The notes under the pieces are model-generated. The model was given only the letters and a program-made list of their open reading frames with translations, had not been told where the DNA came from and made no database searches. This document shows positions 9,831 through 19,741 of a stretch of 64,000 nt of DNA, one piece after another. The stretch's first letter is position 1; each line of letters begins with the position of its first letter. The stretch comes from an uncultured virus (IMG/VR IMGVR_UViG_3300042473_000519) (taxonomy: Duplodnaviria; Heunggongvirae; Uroviricota; Caudoviricetes). The DNA is taken from IMG/VR virus record IMGVR_UViG_3300042473_000519; one strand, 5' to 3'. The translations under genes and the position numbers were made by a program.

Positions 9831-11528
9831 ATGGGACGTTTTGTACCAGTATTAACTACTTGTATTACTTCTGAAAAGCAAGCTGCATTTAAAATGACAG
9901 CCGCAAGTTTGGGTGGTAGCATTGCACAAAGTCAAGCATATGGCACAACCTTACGTTACGGCGGAAAAGCATGTTACGACGGCAAGCAATGTTGGCAGTA
10001 CAAGTTAGTTTTAGATAAACCCGGAGCATATTGCTGGACAGTGCCAGCTGGCATAGTTTGTGCCAGAACAGTTCTTGTTGGCGGCGGCGGCAAACCAAAA
10101 TGCGGCAGTGTGCCTGATGCAAGCGGTTCAACGTGCGCAAGTGCTGCTGGCTCAGGCGGAGCATACAGCGAGAAAAATCACGCAGTAACAGGCGGCTCCA
10201 CATATTTCTGTATCCAAGTAGGCCGTCAAGAGCAAGATACAACAGTAAGTTGTAATGGTGTTGCTTCTCACACAGCAGGCGGAGCATCTGGCTGTGTTTC
10301 TGGCGTTGCTACAGGTGGAGATTGGAATAGTTGCGGCGGCTTGTCAGGATATTCTTGTAACAATTGCGGAAGTTCTTACAGTCACTATTGCGGAAGTTGT
10401 AAATGTTTTAGTGTTACAACTTGTTGTGGATACTGTGTAGTTTACCAATATACTGAAGGTGGACATGACGGTAACGGTTGCTGTAGTGCAAATATTGTTG
10501 GCGGTGCAAGCGCAGGTTCTTGGTTAGCAACTTGTGGCGGCGCATCTTGGTGTACTTGCGGCTACGGCGGCACAAGTCACGGAGCAGTTGTTGGTGGTGG
10601 AGCAGGTATTGGCGACTGGATCGCACAAGGCTGTACTTGGCATTATAACTGCTGTAACTGTATTTGTATGCAGGGGTGTCAGTATATTCCTCCTTATTTG
10701 ACTTGGTGTACAAATTGCCCACCGAGCGCCCAGGGCGGCGGTGGCACAAGTTTAGGACAAACACAATGCAGAAGTTGGGCGAGTCAAGACTGCATGTCTG
10801 GTGTATGGAAAGGTGGTGACGGAGGCCGTGGTGGCGCAAACCCTAAAGAATCACAAGCATGGCACGTTGAGTGGGGTTATGGAGCATATTGTTCGTATCC
10901 TTTTGGTTCTGCTTACTGCTATACTACGCATTGCTACGCTTGTAGCGAAGAAGGCCCTCAAAGACAAGAATGGTGGGATATACACGATATGGCCGGATCT
11001 GGTGCACCAGGCACAGTTGCAAGTAGAGCAAACACTAACGGTTGCAGAGGATTTTTCATCGGAGTTCGTCCACGAAACTCAGGTGAAGGTGCAGGAACTG
11101 GCGGCATTGCTACTACTTGCTGTAATCCTTTAATGATGGGTAACATGATTGGTACAACAGCTGGAGCAAACAGCGGAACAAGCGGAAGTCCAAACGTTAA
11201 CTGGTGTAAAATTTGCCAGTTAGGCGTTTGCGGCTGGTGTGATCAGGCATGGTTAATGCAGGATGCATTATTTCCATTCTTTATTACTTGCGCAGGAACA
11301 TTAGGCGGTTCTGGCGGTGTGTCGTGGTGCGGATATTCATCCAAAGCCGGCAAAGGCGGTGGCGGCGGCCAAGCAAAATGTCAATTCCTTTGTGTATGTT
11401 GGGGCGGTGCATTTGATTGCTGTAACGGTACAGCAGCTACACCACTAGCATTTCCTCCTTGCTTACTAGATCAAATGGTCAGTAATGCAGGTACAGGAAT
11501 GGCAATTATATATTATAGGGAAGCATAA
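9831..11528 (+). CDS. Gly-rich, Cys-rich adhesin-like virion protein A
   Basis: WTVPAGIV.ARTVLVGGGG start and G.GMAIIYY end of the phage glycine-rich domain; about 53 Cys in 565 aa by hand count. Confidence 0.65.
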   Translation: MGRFVPVLTTCITSEKQAAFKMTAASLGGSIAQSQAYGTTLRYGGKACYDGKQCWQYKLVLDKPGAYCWTVPAGIVCARTVLVGGGGKPKCGSVPDASGSTCASAAGSGGAYSEKNHAVTGGSTYFCIQVGRQEQDTTVSCNGVASHTAGGASGCVSGVATGGDWNSCGGLSGYSCNNCGSSYSHYCGSCKCFSVTTCCGYCVVYQYTEGGHDGNGCCSANIVGGASAGSWLATCGGASWCTCGYGGTSHGAVVGGGAGIGDWIAQGCTWHYNCCNCICMQGCQYIPPYLTWCTNCPPSAQGGGGTSLGQTQCRSWASQDCMSGVWKGGDGGRGGANPKESQAWHVEWGYGAYCSYPFGSAYCYTTHCYACSEEGPQRQEWWDIHDMAGSGAPGTVASRANTNGCRGFFIGVRPRNSGEGAGTGGIATTCCNPLMMGNMIGTTAGANSGTSGSPNVNWCKICQLGVCGWCDQAWLMQDALFPFFITCAGTLGGSGGVSWCGYSSKAGKGGGGGQAKCQFLCVCWGGAFDCCNGTAATPLAFPPCLLDQMVSNAGTGMAIIYYREA

Positions 11529-11530
11529 TA

Positions 11531-13171
11531 ATGGGACGTTATGTAAGCACTGGTACTTCTCAAGCTAACAGTTGTCAGCTTGCAGTATCTACTACTTGTT
11601 ATCAGTCAAATACTCAAAAATATTCTTATAGTTCCAACGATTGTTGGCAAAATAGAGTTATTTTAGACACTCCTGGTAACTATTCATTTACTGTTCCTTC
11701 CGGAATTACTTGTTTACGAGTAGTTTCAGTAGGCGGCGGCGGCAAACCAAAATGTACAGAAACTTGTTGCGGGTATGCAGGCGGCGGCGGCGGATATGCT
11801 GAACGCTACGACACTGTGTCCCCAGGCTGTGTTGTTTCGGTTGTTGTTGGTCGCCAAGAACAAGATACAACAATAAGTTACACTAACTCAAGTGCTGTAG
11901 CAAGAACAGTAACCGGCGGCGGAGCAGCCGGTTGTACACCAGGCGCAGCATCTGGTGGAGATTGGAATAGTATTGGCGGCACAGGCGGCAAAGGTTGTAA
12001 CTATTGCGGTGGTTCTCTCAGCCATTATTGCGGAACATGTATTTGTTTTTCTTTAACAACTTGCTGCGGGTATTGTATTGTTGTTGCCGGCGTTGGCATT
12101 GGCCAAACTCCAGGCCACGGTTCTGATCAATGTTGTAATGCACGTTATCCCGGCGGTGCAAGTGCTGGATGGTGGGGACATTTATGTGGCGGCAACGGAC
12201 AAGGCGCACAAAATTCAGTTGATATATACGGCGCATCAGGCGGCCACGGAGCAACTGCCGGCGGCGGCGGCGGCGTAGGTTATACCTTTAGACAAGATGT
12301 ACGTAGCGGCCCTTGCAGTTGTATGTGCGGCTCAGCAAACCAAGGCGGGCAAGGCGGGCCGCATCAGCGTAATGCCTGTTTTCCAAACAGCGCGGGCGGC
12401 GGCGGCGGAACAAAATGGCAAATTTGCACTTGTTGTGAATGCCAAAATATGTACAATACCAATTGTACCTGCGGATTCTGGATCGAAGGCCACGGCGGTT
12501 GGGGTGGCTATGATAACCACTCAGGTGTTGGCGGATGTATTGATTGGGATTGTATCGGCTTCTATTGCGGTAATTATGCGTCGTGTACTATGTACACACC
12601 ACCGAGTAAAGATCCAATAGTTCACAGCTGGCACGACATTCACAGTATGTGCGGATCCGGCTCTGCTGGTAGAAGCCATCACAGGGATAATGACTACTGG
12701 TGCGGGTCAATTCTGTGGGCAACACGAGAAGATCAAACAACTCGTCCAGCAAATGCAGGTGAAGGCGCAGGAACAGGCGGCGTAGTATTTGTTTGCTGTG
12801 CTACACAGTTCCATTACAATAATAATTCACTATATGTAAATTGGCCATTCGTATGTTGCCTAGGATTGACAGGTAAGGTATGTTGCTCAGATAGATTTGC
12901 ACAATCGTTGTTTCCTAACATTATTAGTTGTGCAGGAACATTGGGCGGATCAGGCGGAGTAGGAATCTGTACCATGATGTCAAAAGCAGGTAAAGGCGGT
13001 GGTGGCGGCGTATTTAGAAACTATATCTTATGCGTTTGTTATGGTAATAGTACGTTTAACACTTGCAACGGCGACGGAGTTACTGCTTTAGCATACCCTG
13101 CATGTGAGTTAGATTGGAGAATTAGCAATGCTGGTACTGGTATGGCTATTATCTATTGGAAAGATGCTTAA
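11531..13171 (+). CDS. Gly-rich, Cys-rich adhesin-like virion protein B (paralogue of A)
   Basis: Shares VGGGGKPKC, VGRQEQDTT, SHYCG.C.CFS.TTCCGYC, CAGTLGGSGGV and SNAGTGMAIIY with A; about 48 Cys in 546 aa. Confidence 0.65.
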   Translation: MGRYVSTGTSQANSCQLAVSTTCYQSNTQKYSYSSNDCWQNRVILDTPGNYSFTVPSGITCLRVVSVGGGGKPKCTETCCGYAGGGGGYAERYDTVSPGCVVSVVVGRQEQDTTISYTNSSAVARTVTGGGAAGCTPGAASGGDWNSIGGTGGKGCNYCGGSLSHYCGTCICFSLTTCCGYCIVVAGVGIGQTPGHGSDQCCNARYPGGASAGWWGHLCGGNGQGAQNSVDIYGASGGHGATAGGGGGVGYTFRQDVRSGPCSCMCGSANQGGQGGPHQRNACFPNSAGGGGGTKWQICTCCECQNMYNTNCTCGFWIEGHGGWGGYDNHSGVGGCIDWDCIGFYCGNYASCTMYTPPSKDPIVHSWHDIHSMCGSGSAGRSHHRDNDYWCGSILWATREDQTTRPANAGEGAGTGGVVFVCCATQFHYNNNSLYVNWPFVCCLGLTGKVCCSDRFAQSLFPNIISCAGTLGGSGGVGICTMMSKAGKGGGGGVFRNYILCVCYGNSTFNTCNGDGVTALAYPACELDWRISNAGTGMAIIYWKDA

Positions 13172-13188
13172 TAATTCAGGAGAAATAA

Positions 13189-13713
13189 ATGATTTGGGCA
13201 AAAATAGTAAACAATGAAATCATGCAAACGCATGACGAAGATCCTTCGGGACTGTGGCATCCAGATCAGATCGCAAAAAACGATCTGCCTGGGTATTGGG
13301 AACAAGTTCCTGACCATGTTAATGTAGGTTGGAAATTTAAGAACGACGAATGGATCAGTGGCGGACAGTGGTTAGAAGAGCACATTGCTGAAAACCCAAC
13401 ACCGCCGCCAGGGCCGCCGTTCGCTGACTGGTCTAACTACGTTGTTAAAGACAACGGCAACACTGTCAAACTGGGATTCCATGCAACTCCTAACGGTATT
13501 TGGGATACTTACAGTTGGGTTATCAACGGAGAAGAATACGGCCAAGAAGAGTTTGTCGAAATTGAATTTGTAAAACAAGCAACAAAAGTCGTAATTAGTG
13601 TAGTTCTAACAGTAACTGGTCCAGGCGGAACTGTAACTAGCGAGCATAAAGATCCAGTGGAGATTCAGGCAAAACCACTATCTTTAGTACCTGTAGAAAT
13701 TCCTACAGTTTAA
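13189..13713 (+). CDS. Fibre-associated protein with C-terminal PKD/Ig-like domain
   Basis: MIWAKIVNNEI-type N-terminus, Pro linker, then P.AD...YSW...V.LTVTGPGG; SD AGGAG. Confidence 0.5.
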   Translation: MIWAKIVNNEIMQTHDEDPSGLWHPDQIAKNDLPGYWEQVPDHVNVGWKFKNDEWISGGQWLEEHIAENPTPPPGPPFADWSNYVVKDNGNTVKLGFHATPNGIWDTYSWVINGEEYGQEEFVEIEFVKQATKVVISVVLTVTGPGGTVTSEHKDPVEIQAKPLSLVPVEIPTV

Positions 13714-14252
13714 ATAAAGTTAGGGCCGTAAAACCACCCAAAGATTGCATATCTTACACCTGATGTAACTTGTGTGATTCGATGGGGAAGAAAAGAGGGG
13801 AGAACCAAAAGTTTTCCCCTTTCCTTTTCTATATAGGTATTGCCTAACAATTCAAATTGGCCGCCTTCAAAATCGTCGTTCAGCATTAATGTAAAAGTTA
13901 TTTTACGCTGATGATCACCAGGCACACAATCCATATGCAGTTCTTGGTAATGCATACCCGTTTCATATTTTGCAAAAAAACAATCAGATTTAAGTGCATT
14001 GACGTTGAGTCTATAATATTCAAAATTAGCAGATAATACTTGATCCCGTAATCCCGGGATTTCGTTAATATCAATATCTTTTATTTTAACAGATCTATAA
14101 GATACATTATTGTCGCCATCTTGATTTTTTAATTCTAAATCAGTATCGTAGTTTTTAATCAGTTTATCACATACATCTTCTTCTAACAAGTGCTTAGATA
14201 ATACTCGAATTTGTTCGTACACAGATGGGTTATAGAATGGTGGCGTTGGCAT
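13710..14252 (-). CDS. 2OG-Fe(II) oxygenase, prolyl-hydroxylase/PKHD type
   Basis: HMD...RKITFTLMLNDDFEGG...PSFLPHRI..V..G.RY; start moved to ATG 14252, which has an AAGGA SD. Confidence 0.85.
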   Translation of the reverse strand: MPTPPFYNPSVYEQIRVLSKHLLEEDVCDKLIKNYDTDLELKNQDGDNNVSYRSVKIKDIDINEIPGLRDQVLSANFEYYRLNVNALKSDCFFAKYETGMHYQELHMDCVPGDHQRKITFTLMLNDDFEGGQFELLGNTYIEKERGKLLVLPSFLPHRITQVTSGVRYAIFGWFYGPNFI

Positions 14253-14808
14253 AAATGTTTTCCTTAGTGTAGTATTTTGAACTGTGATTAGATGTTGCAA
14301 TCTCCATATTAATTGCTATTCTATAATCAGTCGACGAGTGATACTGCGGCTCGTGCGGAACATAGCTTGGCATTATGACAAGATCGCCTTCGTCCGGCTG
14401 AAATGTACCGTACAGTTTTTCATCTTTTACCAGTGACAATCCGCCTTCATTATTAGCAATGTCATCGGGTATTTTTAGATAATAAATTGCGTTGATAGAA
14501 CACGTTCCTTTATGTTCGTGCATGTTTGTTCTAAAACTATCTTTGTTATAAACATTTGCCCAACACCAAGATCTGTTCTTAGGAGCAAGCATTAACTTTC
14601 CAAATATTTTTTCAGTGCATTCGATAGTATAGTTATACAGTTTTTTAAAATCGCCTTGTTCTGTATCTACAACTCGAAACGTGTAGCCACCGTAATAATT
14701 TCCAATATCTTTTTGTGACAAGACAGTATCGATCATCCGTTGCCTAGTCTCAGCAGTTATTGCAAATGTTGTTTGTAGTATTTCTGGAAAATTAGGATCG
14801 TATATCAT
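14230..14808 (-). CDS. Putative 2OG-Fe(II) oxygenase (HxH, TIGR02466-like)
   Basis: WANVY...HEH...AIYYL...P.EGDLVIMPS..PH...RIAIN. Confidence 0.8.
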   Translation of the reverse strand: MIYDPNFPEILQTTFAITAETRQRMIDTVLSQKDIGNYYGGYTFRVVDTEQGDFKKLYNYTIECTEKIFGKLMLAPKNRSWCWANVYNKDSFRTNMHEHKGTCSINAIYYLKIPDDIANNEGGLSLVKDEKLYGTFQPDEGDLVIMPSYVPHEPQYHSSTDYRIAINMEIATSNHSSKYYTKENIYANATIL

Positions 14809-15443
14809 GCTTTAATATTGAAACTGATAATAACTCGATCTTCGCCGGACATATTAGGATGTGATTCATGTTTGACATACCCAGGAAAAACATACATCTT
14901 GCCCGGAATTGCTCCCATTATATGGCGATTATTGCCACGCCATTTAGTGTTTGCAGGTTCGTTGCTTAACGAATATTCTTTAGGATCCGAGAATATTAAA
15001 TCACCACATGCAGGATCTGCTTTTACATAGTAGACACCACTCCAGTGACTGCTACCGTGATTATGACTAGGAACCCATGCACCTTCCGGATATACACTTG
15101 CCCATGAATTTTCAAAACTCCACTTATTGATAAACGGGGAAGCTTCGGGAAAATTTAGTTGTTTGAAAAAATCAGTGATTAACGGAGTAATTATATCAAA
15201 GAACTCTTTAAAATTAGGATTATCTACTAGACTTGCATGATTAAACGAACTATATCCTGTTGCTGGTTTTGGATTATCTGTTAGTACAAAGTTGTTCCAT
15301 TCATAACTCAAAAGTCGCTTGTCGTCCATATCAGAAAACATAGCAGTTATATTTTCATAAAGAGAAACGTTCAACGCATCAACATTATCAAATTGAGTTT
15401 CTAATATAGGTACGCTAAATGCATTAACAATTTTTTTCAACAT
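14805..15443 (-). CDS. Putative 2OG-Fe(II) oxygenase (HxH, TIGR02466-like)
   Basis: SWASVY...HNH...WSGVYY...GDLIF.DP...FPGYVKH...RVIISFN; start moved to ATG 15443 (GGAG SD). Confidence 0.85.
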   Translation of the reverse strand: MLKKIVNAFSVPILETQFDNVDALNVSLYENITAMFSDMDDKRLLSYEWNNFVLTDNPKPATGYSSFNHASLVDNPNFKEFFDIITPLITDFFKQLNFPEASPFINKWSFENSWASVYPEGAWVPSHNHGSSHWSGVYYVKADPACGDLIFSDPKEYSLSNEPANTKWRGNNRHIMGAIPGKMYVFPGYVKHESHPNMSGEDRVIISFNIKA

Positions 15444-15520
15444 GATAAATCTCCAGTTTAGGCACGAAACAGTTTTTGTTTGCATATATATAGTCTAGGA
15501 TATACTTTCAATAACAGATA

Positions 15521-15638
15521 ATGGCAAGACTTTTTACTTTTGGTTGTTCGCTTACAAACTATGTCTGGCCACATGGAGCAACAATTTGAATGGGTTGCTA
15601 AACAACAAACAAACATTGGGTATCCGTACAGTACATAA
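15521..15638 (+). pseudogene. Remnant of an SGNH-like gene (internal deletion/frameshift)
   Basis: Reads MARLFTFGCSLTNYVWP then goes out of frame; the FGCS motif parallels NGDSF of the next gene. Confidence 0.55.
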
Positions 15639-15641
15639 TTC

Positions 15642-16409
15642 ATGAAAACACTATATGCAAACGGCGATTCATTTATCTTTGGAATGGAGATTATAGAAGA
15701 TTACAACCGAGAAGAACATAATAAAGAATATGCATTTCCAAAAGTTATTGCATCCGGATTAAATTGCGAAACTTATATAAACAATTCTTATAACGGTGCA
15801 ACCAACGATTTTATTTTTAGAAATACTATCTTTGATCTACTTGAGTTAGAAAAAACTGGCACTAACCCTGAAGATGTATTTGTTATAATTGGTTGGTCTA
15901 GTTTGCATAGAACAGAAGTTGATGGTACTGCTTGGTTTAGCAAAATACCAAATTTTAATCTTAATCTTAACAATATTTTTTTAAGCGAACATGCACCTAT
16001 AGAATTTAAAGATTTTGGTACAATGTTTGTCAACCCAACTTGTGGAACCGTTGTCCAGACCAAGGGTAAACTTCATAGTGTAGTTGAAGATGTTGTACCA
16101 TTTTGTGTAGATTATTTGTGGACAGACGAACTGCAACGTCCCCAACAGGAAGCTAGAATAATTGCGTTACATGAATTTTTAAAATCAAAAGGTTACAAGC
16201 ATATATTCGTAAACACAGTTGATAAAGTTGACTATAAAATTATCGATACAAGCTGTGTAAATTTTTACAAATTGAATTCAGAAGCAGTTTACAATTGGGG
16301 AAGTGTTAATCATATTGACCGTCGCCGAATGGCCGGCCACTTTGATGCAATAGTTCACGAAGAATACGGCAAAATTTTGCTTGACTATATATCAGAAAAC
16401 CTTGTATAG
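15642..16409 (+). CDS. SGNH/GDSL-like hydrolase/acyltransferase
   Basis: LYANGDSF (catalytic Ser block), N.SYNGATN, IIGWS, C-terminal GHF...H. Confidence 0.7.
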   Translation: MKTLYANGDSFIFGMEIIEDYNREEHNKEYAFPKVIASGLNCETYINNSYNGATNDFIFRNTIFDLLELEKTGTNPEDVFVIIGWSSLHRTEVDGTAWFSKIPNFNLNLNNIFLSEHAPIEFKDFGTMFVNPTCGTVVQTKGKLHSVVEDVVPFCVDYLWTDELQRPQQEARIIALHEFLKSKGYKHIFVNTVDKVDYKIIDTSCVNFYKLNSEAVYNWGSVNHIDRRRMAGHFDAIVHEEYGKILLDYISENLV

Positions 16410-16430
16410 TATTATATGCTAGTATAAATA
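16381..16430 (+). promoter_or_regulatory. Tandem sigma70-like (TTGACT-18-TATAGT) and late (TATAAATA 16423-16430) promoters
   Basis: Exact T4 late consensus upstream of the GT9/carbamoyltransferase operon. Confidence 0.6.
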
Positions 16431-16449
16431 TCCAGACTATAGGAATCAT

Positions 16450-17373
16450 ATGAAAAAAGTTGTCTTTATTAATGGTGGCGCAGGCCGTGTTATAGCAAGT
16501 ATACCCGCTCTAGAAGAATTAGATAGCAGAGGTGAACTTGCAGGAATTGTTTGCGAAGGCGGACTAGAGATGTTCATGGGACATCCGACATTACAGGCCA
16601 AAGCCTGGGACGTTAACCACAAGGGGTTATTTGAAGATCTTATTAAGGACAATATCTGTGTTAGTGCAGAACCTTATAGAGATCATGAATACTACAACCA
16701 GAGAAGTAGCTTACAGCAGAGCTTTTGGTGGGATATTTTAGGCGAGCGTACTGATAAAAATCAAAAGCCCACCCTAAACTTAAACAAACACGAAGAAATG
16801 GCAGCTGTTGGATTAATGACTCAAGTAAAACAACAGCATCAGAAAGAAAAAACAATTGTGATTCAGCCGTTTGGCCGTAGCAGTCAAATGGGTCCAGGTA
16901 TTGTATATGACGGAAGCAGTCGTAGTATTGAACAAGCAACGTTTATGGAACTTGTAGCAGAACTATCTAAAGACTATAACATGATTTACATGGGTGAACA
17001 TAAACTAGACGTAGTAAACTTGCCTTTGTTCCAACCTCAAGAACAAGTTCCATTGCGGGTATGGGCTGCAATCATTGAAAGCTCCGACTATTTTATTGGT
17101 TGCGATAGTGTAGGACAGCATCTTGCATATACTTTTGATAAACCTGGCACTGTAATCTTAGGAAGCACTTTTGGCATTAATGTTTCATTCCCAGAGCATT
17201 TCAATATTGTTGAAAAGAAAGGTGCAAAGAAAGTTTATAGTCCTATCAGGATTGCTGGATTTGCAAGCGAAGAAGCGGATAGATTAAACGATACATTGAT
17301 GGATTTTAGCAAAGAAGAATTAAAAACTATCATTGCAGGCATCAAAGAACATATTAAGAAAACAACAAAATAA
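16450..17373 (+). CDS. GT9-like (heptosyltransferase-like, GT-B) glycosyltransferase
   Basis: INGGAGRVIASIPAL; IVIQPFG; AAIIE.SDYFIGCDSVGQHLA...KPGTVILG resembles the GT9 C-terminal D-S-G..H-L-A motif. Confidence 0.75.
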   Translation: MKKVVFINGGAGRVIASIPALEELDSRGELAGIVCEGGLEMFMGHPTLQAKAWDVNHKGLFEDLIKDNICVSAEPYRDHEYYNQRSSLQQSFWWDILGERTDKNQKPTLNLNKHEEMAAVGLMTQVKQQHQKEKTIVIQPFGRSSQMGPGIVYDGSSRSIEQATFMELVAELSKDYNMIYMGEHKLDVVNLPLFQPQEQVPLRVWAAIIESSDYFIGCDSVGQHLAYTFDKPGTVILGSTFGINVSFPEHFNIVEKKGAKKVYSPIRIAGFASEEADRLNDTLMDFSKEELKTIIAGIKEHIKKTTK

Positions 17374-17385
17374 GGATACCTAAGC

Positions 17386-19098
17386 ATGTGGTTAATGGCT
17401 ATTAATGTAGGGCACAACGGTGCTTGTGCGCTGTACGAAGATAACAAACTAGTATACTATATCGAAGAAGATCGATTAAGCAGAATGAAGTACGATGGCA
17501 ATCCTTTCTTAGGCATGGAAGAAGCATTCAAATATACTGATCATATTGATTTCTTAATTTTATGCGGGACTAGAAATGCGTTTGGACAAGTTCCTTGGAC
17601 AGCCGAAGATGCATATACCTGTTATGTAAGAAAGAAACAACCTGGGCATAAGATGGAAACTATTAAGTTAGGTGATGATCATCACATGACTCATGCAGTT
17701 TGTGCATTTTATAATTCAGGATTCGACGATGCCGCAGCTATTGTTATCGACGGCGCCGGCAGCGGTTTAGACTTGCCTGATATGGAAGGTTTAAAACATG
17801 AATCGTGGGAAGTAGAATCTATCTGGAGTTTGTCATACCCAGCAGAAATTACCAAACATCTAGTGCATTACGGCACTAATTTAGTAGATAGTTTCAGCCT
17901 AACCGACAACGATACATATATTGAAATGTCTGACGGCCATGGTATTACAAAGAGTTACGAAGCTGTAACACAATACTTAGGATTCCATGCTATTGAAGCT
18001 GGCAAAACTATGGGCATTGCACCTTACGGTAAACCAAATGATAGTATTAAAATTCATGAAGGTAAATTTAACAATCGTAACTTGATTAAACCTAAGTTTC
18101 CAGCAGGCAATGTAATTCGATGCGATTTAAATCCCGAGTTAAAAGAGCACGAAAGTGATGCATCGTGGCATAAGGATGAATCTGCAATTAACGATCTTCA
18201 AAAAGATCTAGCTTATGCTGTACAAAAATCTACAGAAGAGCGGGTAATTGCGTTGATCAAACAGACTATCGAAATTACAGGTAAAAAGAAAATTGTAATG
18301 GCCGGCGGTTATGTTTTAAACTGCGTTGCAAACTACGAATTTTTGAAAGAATTCCCAGATGTTGAATTTTATCACGAACCAGTTAGTCACGATGGCGGCA
18401 CAGTTATGGGTGCATGCCAGTATGTTTATAGGAAAATTACAGGTAACAACGAGCCAACACCATTGACATCGTTGTACATTGGTCCAGATAGATCCGGAGA
18501 ATATGCAGCCGCAAACTTTGACGGATTTACCGTTGAAGGTACTACTGCTAGTGATGTAGCTAAACTTATTGCAGACGGTAATATTGTTACATTGTTCCAA
18601 GGACGTAGCGAAGCAGGCCCACGAGCACTGGGTAACAGAAGTATTTTATTTGACCCAACTGTGCCTGACGGTAAAGACATTGTTAATCTAGTTAAAAACA
18701 GAGAATGGTTCCGTCCATTTGCTGGATCATGTTTAGCAGAACACGCATTAGACTGGTTTGACCTTGCAGGTAGGAAAGAAAGTCCTAGTATGATGTATGC
18801 TGTTGACGTACTAGCAGACAAACGTGATAAGATTCCAGCAATTACACACGTAGACGGTACTTGTCGTGTGCAAACAGTTACACAAGAGCAGAATCCTCAC
18901 TATTATAACTTGATCAGCGAGTTTAATAAAATTAAAGGTGTACCTATTTTGTTCAATACTAGTTTTAACTTGGCAGGAGATCCGCTAGTTGAAAAAATAA
19001 GCGAAGCATTAGACACTTTGAATCGCTCTAGCATGAAATACTTATGGTTGCCTGAAATTGGAAAATTGTTAACGAAGAATGAATTGCAGGAAGTTTGA
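17386..19098 (+). CDS. Carbamoyltransferase, NodU/CmcH/TobZ family, full length
   Basis: EEDRLSR.K, HH.THA, VIDGAG, GKTMG, GPRALGNRS, REWFRPFA, HVDGTCRVQTV, NTSFN. Confidence 0.93.
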   Translation: MWLMAINVGHNGACALYEDNKLVYYIEEDRLSRMKYDGNPFLGMEEAFKYTDHIDFLILCGTRNAFGQVPWTAEDAYTCYVRKKQPGHKMETIKLGDDHHMTHAVCAFYNSGFDDAAAIVIDGAGSGLDLPDMEGLKHESWEVESIWSLSYPAEITKHLVHYGTNLVDSFSLTDNDTYIEMSDGHGITKSYEAVTQYLGFHAIEAGKTMGIAPYGKPNDSIKIHEGKFNNRNLIKPKFPAGNVIRCDLNPELKEHESDASWHKDESAINDLQKDLAYAVQKSTEERVIALIKQTIEITGKKKIVMAGGYVLNCVANYEFLKEFPDVEFYHEPVSHDGGTVMGACQYVYRKITGNNEPTPLTSLYIGPDRSGEYAAANFDGFTVEGTTASDVAKLIADGNIVTLFQGRSEAGPRALGNRSILFDPTVPDGKDIVNLVKNREWFRPFAGSCLAEHALDWFDLAGRKESPSMMYAVDVLADKRDKIPAITHVDGTCRVQTVTQEQNPHYYNLISEFNKIKGVPILFNTSFNLAGDPLVEKISEALDTLNRSSMKYLWLPEIGKLLTKNELQEV

Positions 19099-19712
19099 TG
19101 AATAGTTTTTTTAATTTGTCAACTAATTTAATTTTAATTAAAGACTTGTCTGATGAGATTGATTTTGATCTCATCAGATCAGAGTTTGACAAACTTGAAT
19201 TTACAAAAAATCTACATAATGAAATAAGTATCAATCGAGATTTATTTAATAGACCTGAATTTAAAGAAATTAAGGAAGCATTAGAGAAGGAATGCGAGGA
19301 CTATTTAAGAAATGCATACAATGTTAATCTATTTGAAAAAATAGAAATTACTAACTCGTGGGCTAATAGATCCACGCAAGGCGGTAGCCATCAAGACCAC
19401 GCACACCCATTTAGCGTTGTCAGTGGTGTATTATACTTAGACGATAATCCTGATAATTTAAATTTTGCTATGAATACTAGTTCCCAAGAGATTCCTTGTT
19501 ATTTGTATAAAAAGCAAATACAAGCAACAATTAGAGATTTAGCTGGCTCCGAAGATAATCTTAAAAATCATTTGCTACTGATATTGTCAAATGTTGGACA
19601 TCAAGTTTTTCCTGCACAACTAGATACAGCACGTAGGACTATTGCATTTAATACATTCTGGAAAGGATGCACTGGAAATGCAGATGATATATTAAATTCT
19701 AGAGTATTTTAA
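19095..19712 (+). CDS. Putative 2OG-Fe(II) oxygenase (HxH, TIGR02466-like)
   Basis: SWAN...H..HAHP.SVVSGVLYL...H.V...R.TIAFN. Confidence 0.8.
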   Translation: MMNSFFNLSTNLILIKDLSDEIDFDLIRSEFDKLEFTKNLHNEISINRDLFNRPEFKEIKEALEKECEDYLRNAYNVNLFEKIEITNSWANRSTQGGSHQDHAHPFSVVSGVLYLDDNPDNLNFAMNTSSQEIPCYLYKKQIQATIRDLAGSEDNLKNHLLLILSNVGHQVFPAQLDTARRTIAFNTFWKGCTGNADDILNSRVF

Positions 19713-19713
19713 T

Positions 19714-19741
19714 AAAAAAGGAGCATTTAGCTCCTTTTTTT
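19714..19741. terminator. Bidirectional intrinsic terminator
   Basis: AAAAAAGGAGC-ATTTA-GCTCCTTTTTT between convergent genes. Confidence 0.85.

Noticed and set aside
9831..13171. Cys richness as a sign of stop-codon recoding or selenoproteins
   Set aside because: Cys codons are ordinary TGT/TGC; TAA, TAG and TGA all end genes normally and core genes are uninterrupted.
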